Below are positions 25,797 through 39,200 of a stretch of 64,000 nt of DNA, one piece after another. Under the pieces are notes generated by a model. The model made no database searches. It saw nothing but the letters and a program-made list of their open reading frames with translations, and was not told the origin of the DNA. The stretch lies in NCBI GenBank assembly GCA_965202585.1, contig OZ241829.1, forward strand, positions 65,968,001 through 66,032,000, written 5' to 3'. The DNA comes from Thalia democratica (lineage: Eukaryota). Each line of letters opens with the position of its first letter. Within the stretch, counting starts at the first letter, position 1. The position numbers and the translations under genes are program-made.

Positions 25797-27198
25797 AATT
25801 TTCTCGTGTTTAAAATTTATCTGTCTTAATTTAAATTTTTTGATATTACATTTATTAATAATAATATTTTCATTTTTTTTCATAGTATGTAATACTAAAT
25901 ACTTTAAAAAAAAAGAAAAGCAAAGTACATGTTGGAAAAATATATTATTTAACATGTTTTACTAACTAGTATGCTAATTAAATGTTTTATACTATTGTTT
26001 CAAAAAGGAACAAAATTTTCAAAAGTACTGTGAATAGTCAGTTTGACTGTTAAAATATTACATCATATAACTTTTTTATGTAAAGTTACTAATTTTCGCG
26101 CGAATGAAAGTTACTATGAATAAAAATTTGTGCATAAAGCATTGAGTCGAATAAACGTGTAAAGAAGTGTTTATACTTAACACATACTATTTATTTAAAT
26201 ATGTAAAATTGTGAAATTTAAGTTACAACAAAAAAGAGTTGTTTTATTTTTGTATTAAATATAAATATTAAAACAGTTGTAAATAATTTTGAGATTTGTT
26301 CAGCATAGTTAGTTTGTTTTCAGGCAAAATTGTAATCTAACTGAATTTGTAAGTAATATATATATTTAATAAAACTTTTTACGAACCGTCTCAATTTTAC
26401 ACACAAAACACTTTGAAAGGTCTTCTGTTTATTTATATAAACATTGTAAATCGTGTTTGAAAAATAAACTACGAACTGATGGTAAAACTAACTAAGTTAA
26501 TTAAGTTTGAATTTAAACAAAAAAAAGCTTAGTTTACTTAACTTAAAAACTTGTAAGTCACTTTCATGTATATTTGTTTACAACTACTGTCAATACATGA
26601 AAATGAAAAGGCAGCACTTGTTGGTTATAAGTAAAGAACTTAAAACCAGTGAATGTTGGTGGATCATAAACTAAATGTTCTGTTTAGTCTTGCTGTCTGA
26701 AGCCAGATTGTCAGTCAGACTTTTCTATACGCTTTACATTAAGACGGGCCAACACTCTAGGGTTTTTCAAATATATAGTTTTATCATTTATGTTAACTTT
26801 GCGTAACAAAACACAAACTAATTTTTTACTAAAGTAAAGTATTATTAAAAGCTTGTAAACTAGACACTATTTAAATTTGAAAAGTAGATACAAATAAATA
26901 AAAATCAGAATCAATACGCTCAACGATTTAATTATAAAAAATTGATTTACTTTTTTGTAACTAAAAAAATATTCACTTTACTAGTCTAAACGGCAAGTGC
27001 AAAATAAATAAGTTGTGAAGCTGCCTAGCTAACCAACTTTCGGTTATAAACGAAATAAAAACAAGCAAGTCGAGTAAATTAATGTTACATCTTTTACTGA
27101 TTCTAAAGAACTTTCTGTTGTAATTAAAAGGTTTTTTTTTAATAAAAAATTTCTTCACAATTTTCCAACACAAACTACCATGCAAATGTTAAAAAATA

Positions 27199-27268
27199 TG
27201 CCACCAGCTGGATTCGATCTCGGTACACTCGAATGGTTATTTTCGTTTTAACCACTCGACCATCATGG
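27199..27268 (-). pseudogene. Degenerate tRNA-like sequence (tRNA pseudogene or tRNA-SINE head)
   Basis: Minus strand reads ..atggtcgagtggttaa (A-box-like) .. gagatcgaatccagctggtggca (B-box/T-arm-like), followed by tatttttt. The anticodon arm cannot be recovered. Confidence 0.45.
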
Positions 27269-29816
27269 TTGATTTAATTAAATCTTGTAACGATTATATA
27301 CTTAGTTTTTATCATCATGTTATGAATATTTGTTGCTTTACCATCACATAAAACCCATTAGAAAATGAACAATTTTCTCTGATACAAGAGATTTTTTCAA
27401 ATAAATACTCTTATTTTGTGAAATAAAGCGACATTAAAAAAAATAAAGTATTTAAGCACAGACTAAACTCCTCTTAGTTAAGCCAGTTAATGTTATTCTT
27501 TTGAAAACTTAATATACGTGTTTACAATAAGAAGTTTTGTATACAATTATTTTTTTTGTTTACAATCATATTCTAAACTGAGAAAACAAAATACTTAATT
27601 TTTATAGTATAAAATAAAAGCCGAAAAAGTGGTTAATGGCTACAGCGAACAAACAACTTTGTGGTTGTTGCAATATAAACATAACAATTGAAATACATAC
27701 TGAAATATGGAATTACAAGTAAAAACTAAACAGATACTTATTGGTATAACAATTATAATAATATATAGTGTAATTGTTGCTCGACACTTCTTTTACAAAT
27801 AGTCAAAGAACATCTTTCTTCAAGTGTTAATTAATAGAACTCTGTCTTAAAATTACATTAGCAAATTCACTAACAGTATAAATAGCATATAAGAATGTAA
27901 ACTTTCTTTAATTTCAAAATTGTTTGTTATGATTCTATTAACAATAATATGAATGTGTTGAAAACTAAGTTTAGTAGGTTATCTTAGTTATGGTAATGAA
28001 AACTTTATTTTAAGGTAATTATAAAGTTGAATTCTTTAAAAAAATAAACTTATACTTTTCAAAACTTCATAGTGAAAAAAAAAATTTTTTTACAGATGAA
28101 CTAAAGCTTTGTCAAAGGTTAATAGACTAAAACAGAAACGATTTACTACTTGCGATTTTTTAAAAGCTGAAAATTAGCTTAAGTTATGTAGTAAAAACAG
28201 TTTGATATAAGTAATTTTACTTTGATAAAGTTGTTTTTTACCTTGAGACAAATACTTCTAAACAAATAGATAACTTTAAGTGTAAAACCAGTAATTAATC
28301 AAAAATAAAACAAAAGCTTTATTCATTTTATTGAGTTTTTTTTTGAAAACTTGTAATCTAAAATTTAATAAAAATATCAACTTTCTTTGCTTTAAGTTCT
28401 TGAACTTTTTCTTTTAAACAATTAATCAGCTTGAATTCATACTATATTATTTACAAAATAAAGTAATTTATTTTAGGCAAGTGATACAGAGTCAATTTTT
28501 TAATAACACAGCTTTTTTCGTTTTATTTTATTTCATGTTTGAGCAATGTTTTTGTAATATTGATTTTCGTAAGGACTTGTTTTGCAATAAACTTAAAACT
28601 TTTATAATGTTTGGAAATCTCCTTTGAAAATATTTTTCCGTGGTGAATTTAAAAATTAAAACTAGTCTAATGTTTTTTTTCTTAAAAATAAATTGCTTTT
28701 TAAGCTTATCAGTGGAAGAATTTTTTTAAGAAAGTTGTTAAAGTGAAAATGTTGTTAAAAAATACTTTCAAAAAATTCTCTACAATAGTAAGTAACTTAA
28801 AAAAAACTTATAATGAAAATGCAGTTTGTAAGCTATTAAATAAACTAAGCAAGGAAAAATATGTCTCAAACAAAATTATAAAAATAACTATATTTTTTAA
28901 TCTTAAGTAATGTTGTACTTTACTAAACTTATTTAACTAGTAACCATTACTTTTTGTTTAAGAACTTTATCGTAAAAGAGATATTGTTTTAAATAAATTA
29001 CAAATGAATTAACATTAATGTTAATCAAATATTTTAAACTCTACTTACAAAGAAAATGATTTTAAAGAACTTTTTGAAAGTTTTTTTTGTTTTTTGACTT
29101 TAAAAATGATTGTAAAATATTTTTGCTGTGTATTAGTAAAAACCGTTAGCTTAAACAACTTTGTTTAACTATTTAATTACAAATCTAGAATATCAATTAA
29201 AAACTAAATGCCACAAGGCTAATTTTTTCGTAAAAAATATGTGAAAACTTTAAATGCTCGTTTTGACCTAAAACTATGAAAAAAATCGTTTAAAAGGGTG
29301 TGCTTTTTTTTAAATTTATATTTCTTTATCTTTTTTAATATTAATTTTAGAGTAGAATATTAAGTTATCGTCATTATTATATTTATCGTTATTTTAAGAA
29401 AAAAAATATTTTACCTTATAGTAAATAAGATTCATACCAAAGATAGTTATACAGTATTAATTAACTTCTAAATTTATAGTTGTTTGAATTAAGATACGAT
29501 AACTCAGTTTTAAGAAATATTCTGTTAACTTATTAAATACTTTAAGATTACGAGAATCTAATAAAAAAACAAAGATTTTATAGTGTAAGCTTTACGCGGT
29601 TAAACTTTGCAGATTCTATTTCATTTTAACATTTTTATAAAAAATGAATTAAGTCTCTACTAAACAGTTTTTTGGACCTGGTTTGAAATTGTAAAGTTTT
29701 AAAATTCTGAAGTTAACTAAAGCTTGACAAAGATAAACACAAGTTTGTAAACATTTGGAGGGAAAATTTATAAGAACTGAAGAAACAGGTTTGTAATTTA
29801 ATATTATTTATATTTA

Positions 29817-30213
29817 CAGGGTTGCAACTTTACCTGGAAACCTGGAATTTGACAATTTAGGCAACAAAACCTAGAATTTGAGAATTTTTGAAAAAAACCT
29901 GGAATTTTGAAAAAAAATCACTAAAAAACCTGGAATTTTAAACAATTTTTACATGTTAAGTAGAAAAATCTAGATTTGACAGAAAAATTCTACCCTAAAA
30001 ATAAAAGTTTTTTGTCATTATCAAAATTTTTTTTATTCAAAAGATTATTTAAATTAGCTTTACCATATCTTTTCAATATTTTTTACTATTTAACACATTT
30101 TTTACCTCAAACTTAATTTTAAACTAAAAATAGACTCTAAAAAGTGTACTTTTAAAAAACTGAAGGAAGTTTTGAAAACCTTGAAAAATTTTTGAAAATA
30201 CAGTGGTCATGCT
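29817..30213. mobile_element. Free-standing copy of the CAGGGTTGCCA MITE family
   Basis: ta|CAGGGTTGCAACTTTACCTGGAAACCTGGAA ... CAGTGGTCATGCT|ta (degenerate right end). Internal aaaacctggaatttt repeats are shared with the satellite-embedded copies. Confidence 0.7.
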
Positions 30214-31648
30214 TAACTTTAGGTGAGGACGCTTTGGTTCAATATACAGGAAATTCTCAGCATTATTTTCAATGATATTCAATTTTATTTTGAAATTTAT
30301 TCATATTAATTATTTATATTACTGAATGTAATTTTAGCTGGCACTTTAGGTGGCTTTTCAACAATGCAACTTTCTAATAACAAAGTTTTTGTATTTTTTT
30401 TTGTATTCTAATAACAAAAATTTTACTAAAGTCAGTTTTAAATTAAAACATCAAAATCAACATTTTCTGTGAAATAATTGGTAGTTACCTGGCATGATGT
30501 TGCATTAATATCGAACTGAATCTATATATTGAAAATAACCATAGTTTTAGGCTAAATATGACATTTTTAAAAAAGTTAAAAATAAAATCAAACTTTTTAT
30601 TTATCATAAAGTAATAAAACTTGATTATGCAATGATGCTATGAGCATGATATTGCTATGATTTAACATTATAAATCGATCACATCAATACAATGTTTATT
30701 TTTTATATCACTACAAATCTAAAAAAAAAAATTGACTAAATGTTTAGTTTTATTAGTTTATTAGAAACAAAATTAATTCTACTTATGTATTTATAAAGCT
30801 TGGTTAAAATAAAGTATTTTTTTCAGAATATATTAAGCTTTAAACATAGTTTACAGCCTAAAATTATGGTTAAAATGAACATTGAAATTAATTTATTTTC
30901 AGTTCGATATTGGTGCGACAGTAAATAGTTACTAAATATTTTTACCTGTTTTAAATTGCTAATATTATGATTTTTTAAAGTGTACAAGATTATTTTAAAG
31001 TATTTTTACAGTTTTCACCTTTTAGTACATAAATTTTCAAGTTTATGATAATCTCAGGCTGAATCATAAAGATATTGAGTAAAATTTTTCAGGCTAGTTA
31101 AAACATTTTTGATAGTGTTTGCTTACATATTTGTAGTAGCATTACATTATCTTTTTTATTAACATAGCATTGTTTGAAAAAACATCTTTTATTTTAGATT
31201 TAAAGTTATATAAATAAAGACAAGAAAAATTTAAAAATCCTGGCAGAATATTTAAAAACTTAAAACATAGTTCTAAAAAGCCAGTGGCCATCCTGTTAAG
31301 ACATAAATTTCAGACATTTAAGGGTTAAAACATTTTGTCATTAGGTTATTTTTAGTAGCTCTTCTCATTATATAGTTTTTATGATAAGTTTCTAATTTTA
31401 AACAATATATTGATATTATCAGTTGGTTAATAACAAAACTACTGCAGATCCACTGCTCTAATACCATTTATGACTAATAATTTAAACAAATTTATTACTA
31501 TATAATTTTAGGCTTAAAATAAAGGTTGATGACAGTATTAATGTTTAAATAAGCTAAAAAAAGGAATAAAAGGATAATGTAATTACATAGAGTTGCACTG
31601 TTGTTTTGTATTTTGTTTTTAATTGTCTTTACTAGTTTTGGTAATTAC

Positions 31649-32053
31649 CAGGGATGTCCACCAATATCAAGCTGAAACTGTTTTCGATGTCTTTTTAAAA
31701 CAATTTTAAAATAAGAATTTGTATTTTATACATGCAAAAAATCAATTAAACTTATTTATCATAAACTAGTAAAACTGAAATATTCGATCACTTTTATTTA
31801 TAATGTAAAGCGATTATATAAATGAATTAGTTTATATCGATTACAATAATACTGTGATATAAAATCTATTAAATATTTTAGTTAGTAATAAATTTAATTA
31901 TTTCTATTAAATAATGTAACGAGTTCAAAACAAAGTATCTTTTTAGATTAAACATAATAGGCTTAAAACATTGATATTTAGCTTAAAAGTATGGTAAAAT
32001 AGATATCGAATATAGTATAATTTCAGCTTGATATTAGTGCGACATCACCCTAG
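31649..32053. mobile_element. ~400-bp MITE with TIR GATGT(CG)CACCAATATCAAGCTGAAA (hAT-like), middle copy
   Basis: Left cagggatgtccaccaatatcaagctgaaa versus right tttcagcttgatattagtgcgacatcaccctag. Confidence 0.65.
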
Positions 32054-32055
32054 GT

Positions 32056-32269
32056 CAGGGGTTGGCAGGTCAAAAAAGGAACGTTTTTTATTTGGTTTAA
32101 AAAACACATTTAAAGATAATTTTTTGATTATTAATAATTTAGGCGAGAGATAATCCTTTAAAGATAACACTGAAATTTAACTTTTGTTTTTTGAGAATGT
32201 TAATATATCAAACTAGTTGAAAAAAAAAAAGTTTAATGCGGATCGCGGACCGCAGTTTGTCAACCCCTG
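32056..32269. mobile_element. 214-bp hAT (Buster/Charlie-type) MITE
   Basis: TIRs CAGGGGTTGGCA / TGTCAACCCCTG. 8-bp TSD ccctaggt (32048-32055) / ccctagat (32270-32277). Empty site in the paralogous unit at ~33200. Confidence 0.85.
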
Positions 32270-32788
32270 CCCTAGATAGTTACTTATATTTATAGTAGAA
32301 TTGCATTATCTTTTTATTAATATAGCACTGTTTAAAAAATAATTTAGTTTTAGAATTAAGGTTATATAAAAATGACAAGAGAAGTTTCAAAATCCTGGCA
32401 GAAAATCTAAAAACTTAAAAGATAGTTCTGTAAAGCTAGTTGCAATCCTGTTTAGACATAAACTTGGATTTTATTTGTCATTAGGTTATTTTAGGTAGCT
32501 CTTTTCATTAAATAGTTTTTATGATAAGTTTCTAATTTTAAATAATATATTAATACTATCAATTGCTTAATATTTAAACTACTGCAGATTCAATACTCTA
32601 ATACCATTTATGACTAATAATTTAAAGAAATTTATTACTATATAATTTTAGACTTGAAATAAAGGTTGATGACAGTATTAATGTTTAAATAAGCTAAAAA
32701 AAGGAATAAAAGGATAATGTAATTACATAGAGTTGCACTGTTGTTTTGTATTTTGTTTTTATCTGTCTTTACTAGTTTTGGTAATTAC

Positions 32789-33205
32789 CTAGGATGATGT
32801 CCACCAATATCAAGCTAAATTTATATTACATTCGATGTCTTTTTTAACTATAATTTTTACATATAAGTTTCTACTTTATATACACAAAAATATAATCTAA
32901 TTTATTTATCATCAACTAATAAAACTAAAAAATTTGATCTTTTTTATTTACAATATCAAGCGATTATATAAATGAAATAATTTGTATCAATTAAGATGTT
33001 GTGAGATGAAATCGATTAAATATTTAAGTATGTACTAATTTATTTTTATTAATACTATTAATTTTCGTAGCCAGTTTGAAACAAAGTATCTTTTTAGATT
33101 AAACAAAATAGGTTTAAAACATTGGTTTTTAGCTTAAAAATGTAGTTAAAAAAACGTCGAATATAGTATATATTTCAGCTTGATACTGGTGCAACATCAT
33201 CCTAG
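32789..33205. mobile_element. ~415-bp hAT-like MITE, best-preserved copy
   Basis: gtaattac|CTAGGATGATGTCCACCAATATCAAGCT ... AGCTTGATACTGGTGCAACATCATCCTAG|gtagttac: long TIRs plus an 8-bp TSD with one mismatch. A third degenerate copy lies at ~30489-30927. Confidence 0.75.
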
Positions 33206-33299
33206 GTAGTTACCCTTATTTCAATTAACTAATTTTAAAAATTTAAAGGAATATTTAAGATTTGTTAGAATAAATTAAAAGAATTTAATTAGTTGCTTT

Positions 33300-36200
33300 A
33301 AAAAAACTCAAAATGAAAGTATAAATCTGTGCCAACAAGGTATTTGAAATTTAGTTACATAGACTACTATATTTGTGTTTTGAATGATTTTATTAGTTTA
33401 GAAAACATAATAACACGTACAGAAGTTTTAAAAGTCATTTGCTGATTAAAAATAAAACCAATAAAAATTCATTTTGAACAAGTTTGTAATCTTGCCATTG
33501 TATACTAATGGTTTAATAAATTGTGTGTACAATCTGGCTCAAGTAAAACACCTTAATACTAACAGCCTGAAGGAATTGAGCAGTGCTTTTTGGAATCAGT
33601 TATATTCATGAATGAAGACGATGAAGCACTTTTGGACGCAGTCGAGATAATATACCCTGAAAATGTTGTACCAGGATCCGAAAGAGTGTCGCTGTAAATT
33701 TACGGTAGGATTGGTTAAATACAGATCTTTCCATTAAATCTTAGACAAATTACTTATTTAAAAAAAATATTTTATAGTATGGTCTATTACAAAAGATAAC
33801 TCTTTATAGTTTTAAATATATAAACCAAAGTTAACTATTATAACTATCCTGAAATAAGTTAATAACAAATACAGTAAAAACATATAAATTAAATTACCAC
33901 ACTAGATAGTTTTGTATAATTATTTATTTTTCGGTTGTTTACGAAAGACTTTTGTTAACTTTTTTGATTAGTTTTGCTCAATAAAACAGCAGTTTTTTAT
34001 TGATTACAGCTTGATACTTTTAATCTCCCTAACTCTTTATTTCTTTTTAACATTTGTTATTGCTTGTAATCAAGTACTCTAAATCTACTTACAGGGTTGT
34101 CACTTTACCTGGAAACATTGAAAAACCTGTAATTTTGAAGAAAATCACTAAAAAACCTAGAATTTTAAACAATTTTTATATGTTATGTTGAAAAATCTAG
34201 ATATGACGCAACAAATTTATCATATATATATTTTTTTGATCATCATCAAAAATTTCCATTCAAAAACACATTTAAAGTAGCTTAACCGTATATTTTTAAT
34301 GTTTTTATACTATTTAACACAGTTTTTACCTTAAACTCAATTTTAAACTAAAGATAAACCAAAAAATGTGCACTTTACAAAACTTGGAGGAAATTCTGAA
34401 AACCTGGATATTTTTTTAAAATGACTGATAATCCTGTACTAACTAACTATTAGCTCATCCAGATCCGCCTTAAGTGCGTTGTTAAACTAAGATGGTTTTT
34501 ATATCGTTAGTGATTGTTTCAAAATTTATTCATTAAGAAAAAGCCGTTTGCTCATTGATAATGTAATAAATGATGAAAACTTTGTGAGTAAATAGTTTAG
34601 TTCGTATTTTATTAGACAATTTATTTTAGAGCTCTAAAGCTTTTTTGATTGAAAAAAATTAATTAACTGTCTGAAAGAATATTAACATAAATTTGTTCTG
34701 ATCCCGGATGTACGGCTTACTTGAATTTATTCATCTACTTTAAGGTATAATAGTTTTAGTGTTGTTTTCAGAAAAACAAATTATTTTTATTCTATCTTTC
34801 AGAAAATTCGAAAATGTATATAACTAAGAATAAGTTTTTGAATAATTTTGTAGTTACACTGGTTTTTGCATTTTTAAACATTTGTCTGTGTTTTTTAATC
34901 AACTGTAATTGATTTTACATACAAGTCTCTGCTTAATTACATTTTATAAAAATAAGTTTTCTAATATAAAAAAAAATCAAAATGGAAGAATAAACCTTTT
35001 CCAACAAAGTATTTGAAATTTAGTTACAAAGATTCTGTAACTTTATTATTTGTGTTTTAAATGATTTTATTAGATTAGAAAACATAATAACCCGTACAGA
35101 AGTTTTAAACGTAGTTTTCTGATTAAAAATAAGACCAGTATCTATTCATTTTGAACGAATTTGTATTATTGCCATTGTGTACTAATGGTTTAATAAATTG
35201 TTCGTACAGTCTGGCTTAAGTAAAACACCTTAATACTAACAGCCTGAAGGAATTGAGCAGTGCTTTTTGTAATCAGTTATATTCATGAATGAAGACGATG
35301 AAGCACTTTCGGACGCATTCGAGATAATTTACCCTGAAAATGTTGTACCAGGATCCGAAAGAGCGTCGCTGTACATTTACGGTAGGATTTGTTAAATACA
35401 GAACTTTCCATTGATTTTTAGACAAATAACTTTTTTAAATAAAACATTATATAGTGTGGTCTATTACAAAAGATAACTCTTTATAGTTTTAAATATATAA
35501 ATCAAAGTTAACCATTATAACTATTCTGAAATAAGTTAATAACAAATACAAACATATAATTAAATTACCACACTAGATAGTTTTGTATAATTATTTGTTT
35601 TTTGGTTCTTTACGAAAAACTTTTGTTAGCTTTTTCGATTAGTTTTGCTCAATAAAGTAGCAGTTTTTTATAGATTACAGCTTGATACTTTTTATCTACC
35701 TTACTCTTTATTTCTTTTTAACGTTTGTTATTGCTCGTGATCAAGTACTCTCAAATCTACTTACAGGTTTCCCATTTTACCTGGAAACATAGAAAATCCT
35801 GTATTTTTGAATAAAAATCACTAAAAAACCTGAATTTTTAATTAATTTTTACATGTTAAGTAGAAAAATTTATCACTTAAATAATTTTTTGGTCATCATC
35901 AATTTTTTTTATTCATAAACACATTCAAAGTAGCTTTACAGTATGTTTTCAATGCTTTTATACTAGTTGAAAAAGTTTTTTTTTACCTTAAAATTAACTT
36001 GAAACTAAAAATACACCCTAATATGTGTACATTTAAAACCTGTAAAAATTTTGTTAAATGCCACTGATAACCCTGTACTAACTAACTGTTAGCTCATCAA
36101 CATTTTAAAGATTTTTCTGTGTTTTTTAATCAACTGTATTTGATTTTACATACAAGTCTCGGCTTAATAACATTTTATAACTATAGCATTACTAATTAAA

Positions 36201-39200
36201 AAAAAATTAAAATCGAAGAATAAACCTTTGCCAACAAGGTATTTGAAATTTAGTTACATAGATTACTATATTTGTGTTTTAAATGATTTTATTAGTTGAG
36301 AAAACATTGTGACACATATAGAAGTTTTAAAAGTAATTTGCTGATTGGAAATAAGACCGGTAAAAATTCATTTTGAACGAATTTGTAATATTCCTACTGT
36401 ACACTAATGGTTTAATAAATTGTGTATACAGTCTGGCTCAACTAAATACCTTAATACTAACAGCCTGAAGGAATTGAGAAGTGCTTTTTGAAATCAGCTA
36501 TATTCATGAATGAAGACGATGAAGCACTTTTGGACGCATTCGAGATAATTTACCCTGAAAATGTTGTACCAGGTTCCGAAAGAGCGTCGCTGTACATTTA
36601 CGGTAGGATTGGTTAAATACAGAACTTTCCATTAATTTTTAGACAAATAACTTATTTAAATAAAATATTGTATAGTATAATCTATTACAAAAGATAATTT
36701 TATATAGTTTTAAATATATAAACCAAAGCTAACCATTATAACTATCCTGAAATAAGTTAATAACAAATACATTAAAAACATATAAATTAAATACAACACT
36801 AGATAGTTTTGTATAATTATTTATTTTTTGGTTGTTTACAAAAAATTTTTACATGTTATGTCGAAAAATCTTGATATGACGCATAAATTATCATATAGAA
36901 TTTTTTTTGGTCATCATCAAAATTAAAAACACATTTAAAGTAGCTTAACCGTATGTTTTTAATGTTTTTATACTATTTAACGCAGTTTTTACCTTAAACT
37001 CAATTTTAAACTAAAAATAGACCGAAGAATGTGTACTTTTAAAAACTTGGAGGAAATTCTGAAAACCTGGATATTTTTTTTAAATGACTGATAACCCTGT
37101 ACTAACTAACTATTAGCTCATCAAGGTCCGCCTTTACTGCGTTGTTAAACTAAGATGGTTTTTATATCGTTAGTGATTGTTTCAAAATTTATTCTTTAAG
37201 AAAAAGCCGTTTGCTCATTGATAATGTCAATAAATGATGAAAACTTTGTGAGTAAATAGTTTGGTTTGTATTTTATTAGACAGTTTATTTCTGAGCTCTA
37301 AAGCTTTTTTAATTGAACAAAATATTTTAACTGTCTAAAATTATAATATTTGGAATTTGTTCTGACCCCGGATTTACGTCTTACTTGAATTTCTTTATCT
37401 ATTTTAAGGTATTATTGGTTTATTTAAATACATTTTTGTGATGTCATAATTCAGAATACTTCCTCAGTTTTCGATATCAGTCGCTTTCTTTTTGGAACTT
37501 GTATCTTTTTTATGGTGTCATATTAACGGTGTTGATTTTCAGAAAAACAAATTATTTTTATACTATTTTTCAGAAAACTCGAAAATGTATATAACTAAGA
37601 ATAAGTTTTTAAATAATTTTGTAGTTACACTGGTTTTTGCATTTTTAAACATTTGTCTATGTTTTTTAATCAACTGTAATTGATATTACATACAAGTCTC
37701 TGCTCAATTACATTTTATAAAAATAAGTTTTCTAATATAAAAAAAATCAAAATGGAAGAATAAACCTTTTACAAAAAAGTATTTGAAATTTAGTTACAAA
37801 GATTACTATATTTGTGTTTTAAATGATTTTATTAGTTTAGAAAACATAATAACCCGTACAGAAGTTTTAAACGTAGTTTTCTGATTAAAAATAAGACCTG
37901 TATCAATTCATTTTGAACGAATTTGTAATCTTGCCATTGTATACTAATGGTTTAATAAATTGTGTGTACAATCTGGCTCAAGTAAAACACCTTAATACTA
38001 ACAGCCTGAAGGAATTGAGCAGTGCTTTTTGGAATCAGTTATATTCATGAATGAAGACGATGAAGCACTTTCGGACGCATTCGAGATAATTTACCCTGAA
38101 AATGTTGTACCAGGATCCGAAAGAGTGTCGCTGTACATTTACGGTAGGATTTGTTAAATACAGAACTTTCCATTAAATTTTAGACAAATAACTTATTTAA
38201 ATAAAATATTATATAGTGTGGTCTATTACAAAAGATAACTCTATATAGTTTTAAATATATAAACCAAATTTAACCATTATAACTATCCTGAAATAAGTTA
38301 ATAAAAAATACGTTAAAAACATATAAATCAAATTACCACACTAGATAGTTTTGTACAATTATTTATTCTTGGTTGTAAACAAAAAACTTTTGTTCGCTTT
38401 TTCGATTAGTTTTTCTCAATAAAGCAGCAATATTTTACTGAGTACAGCTTGGTACTTTTTATCTATCTTGCTCAATATTTCATTTTAACGTTTGTTATTG
38501 CTTGTAATCAAGTACTCTCAAATCTACTTACAGGTTTGCCACTTTATCTGATAATATAGAAAAACCTGGAATTTTGAAGAAAAATCACCAAAAAACCTGG
38601 AATTTTAAACAATTTTTACATGTTATGTCGAAAAATCTTGATACGACGCAAAAAAATTATCATATAAATTTTTTTTTGGTCATCATCAAAATTAAAAACA
38701 CATTTAAAGTAGCTTAACCGTATGTTTTCAATGTTTTTATATATTTAACGCAGTTTTTACCTTAAACTCTATTTAAAACTTAAATTAGACCGAAACATGT
38801 GTACTTTTCAAAACTTGGAGGAAATTCTGAAAACCTGGATATTTTTTTTTTAAATGACTGATAGCTCTGTACTAACTAACTATTAGCTCATCCAGATCCA
38901 CCTTAACTGCGTTGTTAAACTAAGATGGTTTTTATATCGTTAGTGATTGTTTCAAAATTTTTTCTTTATGAAAAAGCCGTTTGTTCATTGATAATGTCAA
39001 TAAATTATAAAAACTTTGTGAGTAAATAGTTTGGTTTGTATTTTATTAGACAGTTTATTTCTGAGCTCAAATACTTTTTTGATTGAACAAAATTATTAAA
39101 CTGTCTGGAATTATATCTGGAATTTGTTCTGACCCCGGATTTACGGCTTACTTGAATTTCTACATCTATTTTAAGGTATTATTGGTTTAGTTAAATACAT

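Larger units (their letters stand above)
30300..33240 (+). repeat. Degenerate tandem triplication, ~1.15-kb unit
   Basis: 31125-32052 aligns with 32280-33204 (e.g. aaataaaggttgatgacagtattaatgtttaaataagct at ~31520 and ~32657). A more diverged third unit lies at ~30480-30930. Outer boundaries are approximate. Confidence 0.8.

Noticed and set aside
25148-25965. Plus-strand and alternative-frame ORFs across the CBR locus
   Set aside because: Antisense or shifted frames kept open by extreme GC3 bias.
23925-26104. E2F-like motifs (ttcccgccaaa 23925-23935; ttttcgcgcgaa 26093-26104) and a CHR-like ttcaaa (23945-23950)
   Set aside because: Short motifs, the CDE/CHR order and spacing are non-canonical, and there is no TSS evidence.
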